Shown here: positions 6,792 to 17,950 of the stretch, in pieces
Layout of the letters: each line of letters begins with the position of its first letter
Numbering within the stretch: position 1 is the stretch's first letter
IMG/VR virus record: IMGVR_UViG_3300036770_003135
Location: 1-64,000 of that record
Strand: one strand, 5' to 3'
Origin: a virus
Length of the DNA stretch: 64,000 nucleotides
Notes under the pieces: model-generated
Databases searched by the model: none
What the model was told of the DNA's origin: nothing
The model's input: only the letters and a program-made list of their open reading frames with translations
Program-made: the position numbers and the translations under genes

Positions 6792-8720
6792 ATGGCTAAT
6801 TACGGCTTTTACGTAGCAAATACAGGTAGTACACTTTATAGTGGATTCACATTCTTGGACTCACAAGGAAATAATGTTACAATTAATATACCACCAAGTC
6901 AAACATTTTATGTTAGTGCTAGTGATGTAATTACAGGTTCAACTTACACCAATTTAGACATAACATTAATAGGTACTTTAGATATTAACTACGATTTTAA
7001 GACGTGTTGTAGTGCTGATTTTTTCTCTATTGATTTACCGAATTCATTATCTGGACTTGCTAACACATATTATTATGTTTATTACGCGGCATTTTCTAGT
7101 AGCTCAAATGTTGGTTATGGTTGTTATAACATAACTCCAGGTGGTCCATCATATTCTTATGTTACTGCATTATCTTTTGACGATTTAACCCCTTATGTTA
7201 ATTGTACTGATTGTACCAACACAAATCAATGTAATATAGATGAATGTTGTTTACTCCTTAGTGTTGAATATAGTGGGGGTTATTATTATAGGACTTTATT
7301 CAACGAAGGTATTATAAATGGTAGACAATTTTATACTTTCTCAAATATAACTGGAGGTACAATTGTTATGTATTGGAGTCCTGGTGGTGAATGGAATATG
7401 GACAATATAACCACTTCAGTTGCTAGGGGTTCAGGTAGTTTAACTACAGGATATTGTCCTTCATTTACTTTAACAACGATAGATAATGCTTTAAATTGTT
7501 TAAGTGATTTAACGGGTTTAACAATTAATCTAAGTTCAGAACTCATTTCTTGTTCAGGTTGTTCTCCAATATATTGTATAAACAATACTGGGTTAGGATA
7601 TGATGATACTTTTTTATCCGCAGGTACTCATAACTCCGAAACGTATTGGTCAGGGGTAACAAATGGTTATTTAATTTATTTTACAACTGGTGGAACTTGG
7701 TGTTTATCAACCATATTGGATGGGGTTTGTTTATTAGAAGGACCTTATCCTTGTATTTCAAGTTGTCCTGATTTATGTGATGACTATGTTTTTAGTGGAA
7801 ATTGTCCAACACCTACACCAACACCTACTATTAATTGTTCCGTATTGGACTTTAGTGCAATATTTGATTGTGAGGTAACTCCAACACCAAGTGTTACTCC
7901 GACTAATACAGTAACACCAACAGTTACACCAACACCATCAACAACACCATTGTGTCCTTTTATTAATGTTGATGTAACAATTACTGGTTATACTCCAACA
8001 CCAACTCCAACACCAACTGTAACTCCTACTTTAACACCAATTATTGATAGACCTTGTAATATAATAGGTAATGTTAATTATACAACAATTGAAAATCAGT
8101 TAATTTGTCCAGTATCAAGAAGATTTGTTGATTGTTCAAATGGTCAGATTTATTTCACTAATAGTGGAATTTCAACACCATCTGGTGATACATTAACACC
8201 ATTATTACTATTTAAAGCTGATGTTGATGGTGTTTCAAAATGTGTTGTTTATACTGGTTTGGACTATGATAATAGTCCGATAAACTCAATAACTTTGGTT
8301 GATGGACCTTTAGGTGATTTAAATATTATTCCTGATTGTTCTCCTTGTACTCCTGATGTATCACCAACACCAACACCATCACCAACTTTAAGTCCAACAC
8401 CAACATTGACATTAACACCAACATCGTCATCAGCAATTGGGTTTTATACATATAAAGAATGTGGTTCTAGCTCTTATATAATTCAAACAAATCCAGGACC
8501 TACTACATCCGTTGGTTCAATATTTAGAACAGCATCAGGTTCGACTGGACTATGTTTTGAATATATTTCTTATAGTTTAGGTTATCCTTCATTACCACCA
8601 AGTTCATCATATACTTATTGGACTGGTAATTATTTCCCAACTAGTGGTATATTATATTTCCCAACTTGTACTGATTGTATTTTTGTAACAAATGGTCAAA
8701 GTTCTCCAATTGAAACTTAG
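6792..8720 (+). CDS. Cys-rich putative fibre/decoration protein with Pro-Thr linkers
   Basis: Several (PT)n tracts and many Cys; S/T/G-rich. Confidence 0.6.
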   Translation: MANYGFYVANTGSTLYSGFTFLDSQGNNVTINIPPSQTFYVSASDVITGSTYTNLDITLIGTLDINYDFKTCCSADFFSIDLPNSLSGLANTYYYVYYAAFSSSSNVGYGCYNITPGGPSYSYVTALSFDDLTPYVNCTDCTNTNQCNIDECCLLLSVEYSGGYYYRTLFNEGIINGRQFYTFSNITGGTIVMYWSPGGEWNMDNITTSVARGSGSLTTGYCPSFTLTTIDNALNCLSDLTGLTINLSSELISCSGCSPIYCINNTGLGYDDTFLSAGTHNSETYWSGVTNGYLIYFTTGGTWCLSTILDGVCLLEGPYPCISSCPDLCDDYVFSGNCPTPTPTPTINCSVLDFSAIFDCEVTPTPSVTPTNTVTPTVTPTPSTTPLCPFINVDVTITGYTPTPTPTPTVTPTLTPIIDRPCNIIGNVNYTTIENQLICPVSRRFVDCSNGQIYFTNSGISTPSGDTLTPLLLFKADVDGVSKCVVYTGLDYDNSPINSITLVDGPLGDLNIIPDCSPCTPDVSPTPTPSPTLSPTPTLTLTPTSSSAIGFYTYKECGSSSYIIQTNPGPTTSVGSIFRTASGSTGLCFEYISYSLGYPSLPPSSSYTYWTGNYFPTSGILYFPTCTDCIFVTNGQSSPIET

Positions 8721-8732
8721 ATATTTATCAAT

Positions 8733-9032
8733 ATGACAACCATTCAATTTAATACGATTACTGGATTGAACCAACCATACTCAATTTACATTTGTGATGT
8801 TTATGGGTTAAATTGTATTTTAGTTGGGTATTTTGCAACAAATGTTCCACCAACTAATACCTTTGTTTTACCACCTCAATTTAATTCAGCACCAGCAATT
8901 GGTGTGAAAGTTATAACAAGTGATGGGTGTGAAAAATTTAAGGTGTTATATTGTAGTGACGATAATAAAGATTTTATGGATTTGGAAGATTTCTTTTTTA
9001 TGGATGGTATTGGTTATTTCTTTATGTCCTAA
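8733..9032 (+). CDS. Small beta-sandwich putative virion protein
   Basis: PYSIYICD...C paralogous to PFDIYLCD...C of 6573-6788. Confidence 0.6.
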   Translation: MTTIQFNTITGLNQPYSIYICDVYGLNCILVGYFATNVPPTNTFVLPPQFNSAPAIGVKVITSDGCEKFKVLYCSDDNKDFMDLEDFFFMDGIGYFFMS

Positions 9033-9054
9033 CTATTTATTAATAAAAATATAA

Positions 9055-10686
9055 ATGGCATTTCTTACAGATAGAACTTTAGCGACAGGGGTTACATTAA
9101 ATGATTTAATTCATATTGTAATAACTGGTGATACATCTCAAAATCCTGCTGGTTCTTCATATAAAGCAACAATTTCTCAAGTTACAGATTTAGTTAATTC
9201 AATTGTTATTACTGGGGGTACTTATAATCCAATAACTGGAGATATAACTTTTACCAATTCTTCTGGTGGTACTTTTGTTGTTAATGGGTTTGTAACAGGT
9301 TATACTGATACATATGTAACTGGGGGTACTTATTCTGTAGGTACTGCTGTGTTTACTAATTCTTCTGGTGGTACTTTTAATGTTAGTGGATTTACTGAAC
9401 CATTTACTGGTGGAAGTGGTAATTGTATAACAGATTTTTATGTTACAAACATATATGGTTGTTCTCCTATAACAATACAATCTGAAACAAAATTTTTTAA
9501 TAACTTTGCAACAGGTACTTTGAGTTTTTCACAAGGTCAAGGTAGTCAAGCAAGTGGTGATTATAGTATGAGTCAAGGTTATGAGAGTAAATCAATTGGT
9601 GATTATTCTCACGCTGAAGGACTTGGTACTCAATCACAAGGTAACTATTCTCATAGTGAAGGTAGAGAAACTATTTCATTAGGGGTTTATTCTCATTCTG
9701 AAGGATATCAAAGTGATTCAATTGGATTATATTCTCACGTTGAAGGTGAATACTCAATAAGTAGTGGTAGAAGTTCTCACTCTGAGGGTTATTACTCACA
9801 ATCAATTGGGGGTTATTCCCACGCTGAAGGTGGTTATTTTGATGGTGTTACAACTTTTAGTGGTGGTACTTCAATTGGGTTAGGTTCTCATGCAGAAGGT
9901 AGAGAAACAATTGCTAGTGGTAATACATCACATGCTGAAGGTCGAGAAAGTATTTCAATTGGTAGTAACTCACACGCAGAAGGATTACAAACAATTTCAT
10001 TAGGTGCTAGTTCTCATTCAGAGGGTCGTGAAACTAATACAGAAGGTGATTTTTCACACTCTGAAGGATATCTAACAAAATCAACTGGAGGTTATTCTCA
10101 CGCAGAAGGACAAAGTACCCAAAGTATTGGACTTGGTTCTCATGCTGAAGGATTATCATCTATATCTATCGGTAAAAATTCTCACGCTGAAGGACTTTAC
10201 ACAATTGCAAGTGGTGATTATCAACATACTCAAGGAAAATACAACTTAACCTCAACAACGGTTTCAGCATTCATTATTGGTAATGGTTCTAGTAATGTAA
10301 GTAGAAGTAATTTAGTTTTTGCCGCAAACGATGAATTCAATATATATGGTGATTTAAATGTTACTGGGTTTATAAATGGTAATATTTCAGGTCTTAGTGA
10401 ATTTATTTCAACAACTGGTGTTACAACTTCAGCTTTTACTATAACATCAGGTATAACATATTGGGGAATAAATTATAATGGAAATGTTGATGTATCAATT
10501 CCTGACCCAACGGGTATTGATGGTTTAAAATTAATAATAAAAGATGAGGGGGGATATTCAGGTTCATATAGAATAAGATTAACACCATTAGCAGGTACAA
10601 TTGATGGAAATTCTTACGTTGACATGAACATAAACTATATGTCACTAACATTGGTGACAAGAAATAATAATTGGTGGTTAATATAA
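9055..10686 (+). CDS. Tail fibre/adhesin-like protein with YadA-head-like 14-aa SHAEG repeats
   Basis: About 15 G.xSH(A/S)EG repeats, AFIIGNG closure, and a C-terminal IKDE..G...IDG...W fibre-tip-type domain. Confidence 0.7.
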   Translation: MAFLTDRTLATGVTLNDLIHIVITGDTSQNPAGSSYKATISQVTDLVNSIVITGGTYNPITGDITFTNSSGGTFVVNGFVTGYTDTYVTGGTYSVGTAVFTNSSGGTFNVSGFTEPFTGGSGNCITDFYVTNIYGCSPITIQSETKFFNNFATGTLSFSQGQGSQASGDYSMSQGYESKSIGDYSHAEGLGTQSQGNYSHSEGRETISLGVYSHSEGYQSDSIGLYSHVEGEYSISSGRSSHSEGYYSQSIGGYSHAEGGYFDGVTTFSGGTSIGLGSHAEGRETIASGNTSHAEGRESISIGSNSHAEGLQTISLGASSHSEGRETNTEGDFSHSEGYLTKSTGGYSHAEGQSTQSIGLGSHAEGLSSISIGKNSHAEGLYTIASGDYQHTQGKYNLTSTTVSAFIIGNGSSNVSRSNLVFAANDEFNIYGDLNVTGFINGNISGLSEFISTTGVTTSAFTITSGITYWGINYNGNVDVSIPDPTGIDGLKLIIKDEGGYSGSYRIRLTPLAGTIDGNSYVDMNINYMSLTLVTRNNNWWLI

Positions 10687-10687
10687 T

Positions 10688-11905
10688 ATGGCATACATTT
10701 TTAATAATTCAATAAAATACTCAGATAGTCCAAACCTAGATGCGTTTGGTAGATTAAGAACTGCTGCAGTTCAAAATCTTTTGGATATAAAACATACTTA
10801 CGATAAAAATCCTCTTCAAGTTAATGAAGTTACTGCAGGTACTGCCACATCCGTATTTAACCAACAATATGCAAGGGTAAGAATGTCAACTTCGGCTAAT
10901 AACGATTTAGTTATTCGTCAGACAAAAACTCACCCAATTTATCAACCAGGTAAAAGTCAATTATTTGAAGCAAGTTTTAGTAACTTTACAATTGAAACAA
11001 ATGTTATTAAAAGAGTTGGTGTTTTTCAATCAACAACAGGAACACCATATAATTCAGTCTTTGATGGATTATTTTTGGAAAGTAATGGTGTTACAAGTGC
11101 AATAACTTTTAACATTTATTTAAGTGGTTCTTGTACATATAGTGCAGATACTTCTATTTGGAATAATACTCAATTTGACCCCAATAATTTTGATTGGTCT
11201 GATGTTAATTTAATGACAATTGATTATCAATGGTTAGGTGTTGGTAGAGTTAGATTTGGTATGGTATTATCAGGACAAACAATATATTTTGTAGATTATA
11301 CAGCTGCAAATAATATATCAACTGTTTATATGTCTTCACCCAACCAACCAATAAGATATGAAATTAGACAAGATGGTGTTGGTTCAGGTTATTTTGATAT
11401 GATTTGTTCTCAAGTTTCAACTGAAGGAGCATTAAATGGTTTGTATTCAACAGTTTCAGTTCCATATACAGCAACAACAACATTAGATCCATCTGGGACT
11501 AAATTTCCATATATTGGTTATAGATTAAAAGAATCTTATAAGTCAGTTACATCACAATATAATTCAGTTAGTATATTAAACACATCTAATGACAATTATT
11601 TATTAACAATGGAATTTAATCCTACTTTATCTTATACCCCAACTTGGGTAGATATTCCAAATTCACCATTCCAATATAGTTTGGGTACTGGTAACACACA
11701 TACTGTAACATCAACAGGTCACGTTATGACATCTTTGATTGGTGAGGCTGGTACATCAGCTTTAACTACAACAAAACTTGATGACAATCAAATCAGAGTT
11801 GGTTCAAATGTTAATGGTACTTTGGATGAAATGTGGTTATGTATAACACCATTAGGAGCTAACGCATATTTTCTTGGTACTGCTGATATTTTGTATTATT
11901 TATAA
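10688..11905 (+). CDS. Putative virion structural protein (lectin-like beta fold)
   Basis: DAFGRLR...YQPGKS...IDYQWLGVGRVRFG pattern recalled from large-phage structural proteins. Confidence 0.55.
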   Translation: MAYIFNNSIKYSDSPNLDAFGRLRTAAVQNLLDIKHTYDKNPLQVNEVTAGTATSVFNQQYARVRMSTSANNDLVIRQTKTHPIYQPGKSQLFEASFSNFTIETNVIKRVGVFQSTTGTPYNSVFDGLFLESNGVTSAITFNIYLSGSCTYSADTSIWNNTQFDPNNFDWSDVNLMTIDYQWLGVGRVRFGMVLSGQTIYFVDYTAANNISTVYMSSPNQPIRYEIRQDGVGSGYFDMICSQVSTEGALNGLYSTVSVPYTATTTLDPSGTKFPYIGYRLKESYKSVTSQYNSVSILNTSNDNYLLTMEFNPTLSYTPTWVDIPNSPFQYSLGTGNTHTVTSTGHVMTSLIGEAGTSALTTTKLDDNQIRVGSNVNGTLDEMWLCITPLGANAYFLGTADILYYL

Positions 11906-11966
11906 AGTCAAATTATCCTCTATATTTTTAATAAAAAAATAATTGTATTTATAGTAAAATTTATAT

Positions 11967-14063
11967 ATGTCTTGTATTTGTCCAGCAGGTTATAGTGCCA
12001 ATACTACCAATAATTTTTGTGAAAGAATTTTAGTTACTGCGGTAACAACAAATCCAACTTCGTTTACTATTGTTTCAGCAACACCAAGTCAATATTGGAG
12101 TACTGGTGGGGCTGTTTTTTATGAGGATATTACTAATTTTAATTTTCCAATAAAAATTTCAGGTTCTTCTGGTGTTGTATATACAACAAATAACACACAA
12201 TTATTCAATACATTGTTTTGGGTTGACCAATCATCTAATGTATTAAGTCCAATTGTCGGAGGACCAAGTAGTGGTATTACTTGTACAAGTTTAGGAACGT
12301 TTAATAGTGCAGTTGGTTGTATATGTAATAATTGTTATGGTCCTCAATTTTTAAGAAATAACATTTGGGGTGGTAATGGTAATCTTTCTTTTGGCCGATT
12401 AAATAATACTGCAGTTTGGGCAAATACTTCACCTGATTCATATGGTAACTATCCACCATTAAACCAATGGATTGGTTTTAGTTATTGTATTGACATTCCA
12501 AATTCAGAAACATATTATATTGGTTTAGGTGGTGACGATGAGTTTAGATTTAAAATTAATGGTCAAGAAATTGTAACATCGTTTGGTGGATTTAAACCAA
12601 ATCTTCCCGCTCAACCAAATACTGAATTCGCATTTAGATATTGGTCAGTATTTCCATACACATTTAATCCTGGATTTAATGTTATTGAAATGGAAGGATT
12701 AAACAAATTATATTCCGCAGGTTTTGGTGTAGAGATATATTCTGGTAGTGTATCAGCTCTAACTGCGGTAACAACAACATCAGCATTAAGTGCTTTGACA
12801 ATTTTTTCAAGTATAGATTTAGTTGGCCAAACATTTGATTTAGGTAATAATGGTGAGTCAGGTTATTCCTGTCCTGAAGGTTATTCATTAGTTGTTTGTG
12901 ATGGTCCTCCGTATTGTGCTCAAATATTACAAACACCTTGCCTTGGTAGTCCAACACCAACACCAACACCTACAATAACACCAACACCTACACCAACACC
13001 ATTACCTCTTGTATTTGTTAATGAGTGTGAACCTATTACATTGTTGTCAATGAGTGCAACTTGTTCTATAGTTAATCTTACAAATAAAACAGGTTCAACC
13101 AAAAGTATGGTTGTTAATATAACAGGTGGTACACCACCTTATACAATTAATTGGAGTAATGGTAGTATTACATCTGGTATATCGCCACAATCAATAAATA
13201 ATTTATCAGCTGGAACTTACACAGCTAATATTGTAGATTATTGGGGTGATTTTAGTGCGACAACAACTTGTACTATACCACCAGAAGCAATAAGTTGTGA
13301 ACGAGTTTTTATTATACCTAATTTAAAAACAGAATGTAATGAAGGTTTAGGGACAGGATTTTTAGATTTTACTATTAATGGTGGTACTCCACCATATACT
13401 TATTCTGGTAATGTGAACGGAGTAGTTACAACAATAACTAATCCACAACCAATAAATGATGGTGATATTGTAAATGTAATAATTACTGACTATAATGGTT
13501 GTGTTTCCAATGTTTATTCAAAAAGAATAAGTTGTCCATCAACTCCTGAACCATTAAATTGCACAACAACTAGTTGTCCTAATGGCAATACTTTTGTTTT
13601 TGATATTTCAGCTACAACTATTTCTCTTACAACAAATATTTCAGTTATATTTGAATCTAAATTATCGTCACCAAATGCGACATCAGTTAGGGGTAGTTAT
13701 AAAATAAGTAATATTGATTTTCCTAATACATTTTTAAAAGATTTCCAATTAGGAATAATAGATCGTAAAAATTATTATAAAGGGTCTGATGGTGCACCAC
13801 AAATTGAGCTATCAAACTATTTAGAAATTGGTTTTAATCAATTGACACCACCAACACTAACAAATTCAGATTCACCTTGGAATTTAACAATTACACCTTA
13901 TCCTAGTTTTGGAGGTTACACACAACCAACACCATTTGAAGAGGGTACTATACTTACAATAGAAATTTCACTATATGATGAAGACTATTGTGTTCATAAA
14001 GGGAGTGGTTTTTTAACAATTCCTAATGATACATTAACAAATACATTATCAATTAGTTTTTAA
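11967..14063 (+). CDS. Cys-rich adhesin-like protein (PA14-like module, PT linker, SprB-like repeats)
   Basis: CPAGY/CPEGY, GGDDEFRFKING, and GGTPPYT repeats. Confidence 0.6.
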   Translation: MSCICPAGYSANTTNNFCERILVTAVTTNPTSFTIVSATPSQYWSTGGAVFYEDITNFNFPIKISGSSGVVYTTNNTQLFNTLFWVDQSSNVLSPIVGGPSSGITCTSLGTFNSAVGCICNNCYGPQFLRNNIWGGNGNLSFGRLNNTAVWANTSPDSYGNYPPLNQWIGFSYCIDIPNSETYYIGLGGDDEFRFKINGQEIVTSFGGFKPNLPAQPNTEFAFRYWSVFPYTFNPGFNVIEMEGLNKLYSAGFGVEIYSGSVSALTAVTTTSALSALTIFSSIDLVGQTFDLGNNGESGYSCPEGYSLVVCDGPPYCAQILQTPCLGSPTPTPTPTITPTPTPTPLPLVFVNECEPITLLSMSATCSIVNLTNKTGSTKSMVVNITGGTPPYTINWSNGSITSGISPQSINNLSAGTYTANIVDYWGDFSATTTCTIPPEAISCERVFIIPNLKTECNEGLGTGFLDFTINGGTPPYTYSGNVNGVVTTITNPQPINDGDIVNVIITDYNGCVSNVYSKRISCPSTPEPLNCTTTSCPNGNTFVFDISATTISLTTNISVIFESKLSSPNATSVRGSYKISNIDFPNTFLKDFQLGIIDRKNYYKGSDGAPQIELSNYLEIGFNQLTPPTLTNSDSPWNLTITPYPSFGGYTQPTPFEEGTILTIEISLYDEDYCVHKGSGFLTIPNDTLTNTLSISF

Positions 14064-14065
14064 TT

Positions 14066-14794
14066 ATGGCAGATTTTAAAGTAAATATTTTTGGTACAAC
14101 ACATTATAATAATGGTATAACACCACCAAATGGTTATCGATTATTTAACTTACATATTTTACAAGTTGAATCCGATATTTCAGTTACTAATTTTGATATG
14201 TTTTTAGAGTTCTACGCATTCCCTTTTAATACTATAGGTAATGGAACTATAGTTGTTGCTGGTGGTGGTACTCAACCCCATTTAACGAATCGAAAATTAG
14301 TAAATCAACCTCAAATTATTCATATAGACCAAATGACACCTACTATTGGTACACCTTTACAAGTTGTAAATTGTACTGGTTTAGCTACAATAACTGAACC
14401 TGGTTACCCAACACCTCCGTGTTCTCCAAGTCAAGACCCTAGTATTGCAACAATATCATGTCCATCACCATCAGATTATAGATTGTATTCTAATACTTTT
14501 CAATTTAAAACAATTTTAAATCCTAGTAATCCTATTATTGATTCTAATTGGTCTGATGCTACTAATCGTAATGGTGGAAATTCATCTAATGAGTCAGGTT
14601 TTTTCTTATTACCAGTTAAAATTATTATAATTGCAGATGGTTGTAGATATGAAAATAATGAAGGTGAAATACGAATTTATGCACAATACGAATTCATAAT
14701 TGGTGCTAATTATAGCTTATATGGTAATCCTAATTGTTGGCAAAATCCAAATTATTACCCATTGGGATATGACGATAAAATATTGGTTAATTAA
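14066..14794 (+). CDS. Hypothetical putative virion protein
   Basis: Last ORF of the plus-strand block; its stop abuts the convergent RuvC-like gene. Confidence 0.5.
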   Translation: MADFKVNIFGTTHYNNGITPPNGYRLFNLHILQVESDISVTNFDMFLEFYAFPFNTIGNGTIVVAGGGTQPHLTNRKLVNQPQIIHIDQMTPTIGTPLQVVNCTGLATITEPGYPTPPCSPSQDPSIATISCPSPSDYRLYSNTFQFKTILNPSNPIIDSNWSDATNRNGGNSSNESGFFLLPVKIIIIADGCRYENNEGEIRIYAQYEFIIGANYSLYGNPNCWQNPNYYPLGYDDKILVN

Positions 14795-15394
14795 TTACCA
14801 AATGTTTTCTTGTTTCATATAACCTAATACACAACAATAAGCATCACTCATATCAAAATTTTCTTTTTTTAGAGTATTATTTTTTGTATAAGTCCAAGTT
14901 ATTTGTGGTTCTTTTTTAGCCACTTGTTCCCAAATTATTTGTTTTTTATCACAATCTTTTGGTAATCCACCAAAAAGTACGTGTTTACCTTTTCCATTAT
15001 CTTTAACTAAAAATGGGAAAGCTGATTTTCTTGAATTATATGTTGATATATATTCAGGAATAATTCCAAGAGTATCATAAATATCTTTTGAAATTAATGT
15101 ATTGTACCGCATTAATGTTTGTACAGTATGAATATTATTACTATTCAATAATGGTTCTTCTATAATAACCTTGGTTATACCTAAATTACGATATTCATTT
15201 AATTTTATTTTAAACATCTCACTTTTAAGAATTAACTCTTTCATTTTATTCTTATCACTAATCTTTGGTCTAGGACTAATGTGAGTTAATTCTAATAGGT
15301 CTTTTGATTCAATATCAAATAATGCCCAACCAATAGTTGAAGTTGACACATCTAACCCCAAAACTTTTGGTGATTTTTTTATGTTATTATTCAT
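14795..15394 (-). CDS. RuvC-like Holliday junction resolvase
   Basis: VLGLDVSTSTIGW, IIEEP, and DMSDAY catalytic acidic residues. Confidence 0.8.
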   Translation of the reverse strand: MNNNIKKSPKVLGLDVSTSTIGWALFDIESKDLLELTHISPRPKISDKNKMKELILKSEMFKIKLNEYRNLGITKVIIEEPLLNSNNIHTVQTLMRYNTLISKDIYDTLGIIPEYISTYNSRKSAFPFLVKDNGKGKHVLFGGLPKDCDKKQIIWEQVAKKEPQITWTYTKNNTLKKENFDMSDAYCCVLGYMKQENIW

Positions 15395-15455
15395 TTAGAT
15401 ATAATTAATTGTAATAAAAAATTAACTAAATAGTTTTAATAGTAAATATATACAA

Positions 15456-17924
15456 CTATATATCAAATTTAACCAAAAATTGTTGTACACCTTGTCTAAG
15501 CACTGGTGATTGCATTTTTGATATTATTAATAAATCTCTATCATTATCATAAAGTCCAATTTCAGTAACATATGGTTTTAAACTACTATTCCAAGTCGGA
15601 TTAGATGATGTTTGAAATTCTACTTGACTAAGATTTATTTTATACCTCATTTCATAAATTGTTGCTTGAATATCCGTTTCAATATTACCATAAAAATAAT
15701 ACTCATCTCCAAAATTAAGTTGTGGGTTAGTATCCCCAAGAGTAGTAATATCAATATAATCCGCTAAATCATATAAAGAGGCACTATCATAATCATTTTG
15801 TGTTATTACAAAAGTAGTACCTGTTAAACCTGATGATGTAATTAACCCATTTATTGATGTGGCTGTAAGTTGTGATGTAAAATCAATCACTCTCCATTCT
15901 GATGAATCTGGTCTATTGTCTCCAATTACTTTTTGACAAATTATCTCAAACTTTTCACCATAAAATCCTGAAGTAACATCACAAGGACTAGTACAAGCTG
16001 AAATTGAAGAGTTTAAACAGCCGAATTCAGGTCCAAACCTTAATGCAACATTTTGAGATATTCCGTTAGGTGAACAATTTAAATTTGGTCCTTGTATTTT
16101 TCTATAATAATTACAATGAAGTGAATTTGTATATCCAAAGTCATTTGTAAATCTATAAGTCACATAAAGATATTCAGTATCACCAGTTAACAAACCAACA
16201 CTACTTCCACTCTCAAAACCACAAGTATTTGGTGTTATTAATGATATTTGAGGTGCTGGTAATGTCCAATTTCTATTTGATTTATATGACATTGCTGCGA
16301 TAATTTCTTCATCATCAAAAATAATTAATTTACTATCAGGGAAAACTTTTCCAACTCTACTTGGAAATCCATCAAAATTTGTATTATTGTCATATAAGTG
16401 ATAATACCTAATACCTGGGTCATTCATATCAGGATTTTTGGTAGATTTTAAATAATATGGTCCATTTTCAAACAATTTAAGATTATCATATCCAGGAGGG
16501 TCAACCCAAAATGTTTGTCCTAAACAACAATTTGGATTTTTATGCCACATTAACCAAGGTAAATGAACTCTGAAATTTCTAGCTTGTCCCGTGGTATCAT
16601 CGGTAGTTTCATCCAAAGGTTCTAAAGCAAATTTTTCACCATAAAATAAATCAACAGTTTGATTTGTAAAATGTACAATTGATATCGCTTTTTGGTCTTT
16701 AGGTTCTAAAATTACAATGTTATCTAAAGAATCGTAATAATATGTAAAACTAGTATCACTTTGACCACTACTTGTTGCGTACCCAAGATATTCTTTAGTT
16801 CCCAAATAATTAATCGAACCGAAATTAGTATATCCAACATTTGTATTAGGATTTAAACCTGCTGGATTTTCTGACCAAGGAATATTCATATTCCATATCT
16901 TAACATTAAGTTCGTCAATATAACAAGTTGATTCGAAATTAATAACATTATCACTCCAATGATTAGCAGGTGTTACTGAATCATAGAGAGATGTTAAATT
17001 CGGTGGGTAAACAATAGCTTTTGCGTAACAATTAGTATTTAAATAACTAAAATCTGGTGTTGGTCTATCTAAAGTTATTCTATTTAAATTTAAACAAACA
17101 TCAACCACTTTAAATGTTAAAATACTATAACAACTAGATATGTTAATTAAACAATCTGGTTCAGGTATTGGTGGACACGCTCTTGATGGTGTTGGTGTAA
17201 CACAACAAGTTGCCGATGGAGTTGGAGTTGGTGTTGGACTTTCACACGGAAATGGGTTTGTACTAGTTGGTGTTGGTGTCTGTGATACAGGGAAAGGTGG
17301 TGTTGTTGATGGAGTAACCGTATTTGTTGGAGTTGGTGTTGGTGTTGGTAAATTGTAACAAATACAATCATTTTCATTAACACCATCAAAAAATATAGTA
17401 ATAATATCACCTACTTGCACATTCCTATTTGGATTTACACTACACCCTGATGATATAATATCAATTACATTAGAACCTGATAGAGTATTCATTTGTATCA
17501 AATAGTTAGCATTAATTACATACTCATTATTTGTTAATGCACTCCAACTTGTAATAATACCCTCATTAGAAGTACCACTAAAAAAACCTCTTGGTGCTGC
17601 TGTATTAAATATAGGACTAACGATTGAATCCATAAATGGGATGCCATAAGTATTACCTGATGTACCATCAACATAAAATGGATATTTTATATTTTCTTTA
17701 TTTGATTGTGGTACTCCAGTTGAATTCTGAGCGTTAAAACTTGGTTCTAAAACTAATGAATTAAATTGATTATACGTTGCTGAAGGTAACACATTATAAG
17801 AAACTTCACTATCACCTATTTGAAAGTAAGAAATGTTAAAATTACCTTGAGATAGTTTTTGTCTACCTGTGTCAGTAAGTCTTGTATTAACTAAACCTGA
17901 TGTATTTTTTAATATATATCCCAT
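15456..17924 (-). CDS. Baseplate/tail-collar fibre-attachment protein with PT-rich insert
   Basis: N-terminal LTDTGRQKL...YFQIGDSE and C-terminal VTEIGLYD...LLIISK as in tail-collar/fibre N-terminal domains. Confidence 0.6.
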   Translation of the reverse strand: MGYILKNTSGLVNTRLTDTGRQKLSQGNFNISYFQIGDSEVSYNVLPSATYNQFNSLVLEPSFNAQNSTGVPQSNKENIKYPFYVDGTSGNTYGIPFMDSIVSPIFNTAAPRGFFSGTSNEGIITSWSALTNNEYVINANYLIQMNTLSGSNVIDIISSGCSVNPNRNVQVGDIITIFFDGVNENDCICYNLPTPTPTPTNTVTPSTTPPFPVSQTPTPTSTNPFPCESPTPTPTPSATCCVTPTPSRACPPIPEPDCLINISSCYSILTFKVVDVCLNLNRITLDRPTPDFSYLNTNCYAKAIVYPPNLTSLYDSVTPANHWSDNVINFESTCYIDELNVKIWNMNIPWSENPAGLNPNTNVGYTNFGSINYLGTKEYLGYATSSGQSDTSFTYYYDSLDNIVILEPKDQKAISIVHFTNQTVDLFYGEKFALEPLDETTDDTTGQARNFRVHLPWLMWHKNPNCCLGQTFWVDPPGYDNLKLFENGPYYLKSTKNPDMNDPGIRYYHLYDNNTNFDGFPSRVGKVFPDSKLIIFDDEEIIAAMSYKSNRNWTLPAPQISLITPNTCGFESGSSVGLLTGDTEYLYVTYRFTNDFGYTNSLHCNYYRKIQGPNLNCSPNGISQNVALRFGPEFGCLNSSISACTSPCDVTSGFYGEKFEIICQKVIGDNRPDSSEWRVIDFTSQLTATSINGLITSSGLTGTTFVITQNDYDSASLYDLADYIDITTLGDTNPQLNFGDEYYFYGNIETDIQATIYEMRYKINLSQVEFQTSSNPTWNSSLKPYVTEIGLYDNDRDLLIISKMQSPVLRQGVQQFLVKFDI

Positions 17925-17950
17925 GTTATATAAATATCATATTTTGTTTT

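Noticed and set aside
9055-14063. Diversity-generating retroelement targeting fibre genes
   Set aside because: No reverse transcriptase and no TR/VR pair with adenine-specific differences seen; the repeats are ordinary protein-level repeats.
6500-14800. Invertible segment explaining the plus-strand block
   Set aside because: No flanking inverted repeats or invertase seen; the right end is simply two abutting convergent stop codons.
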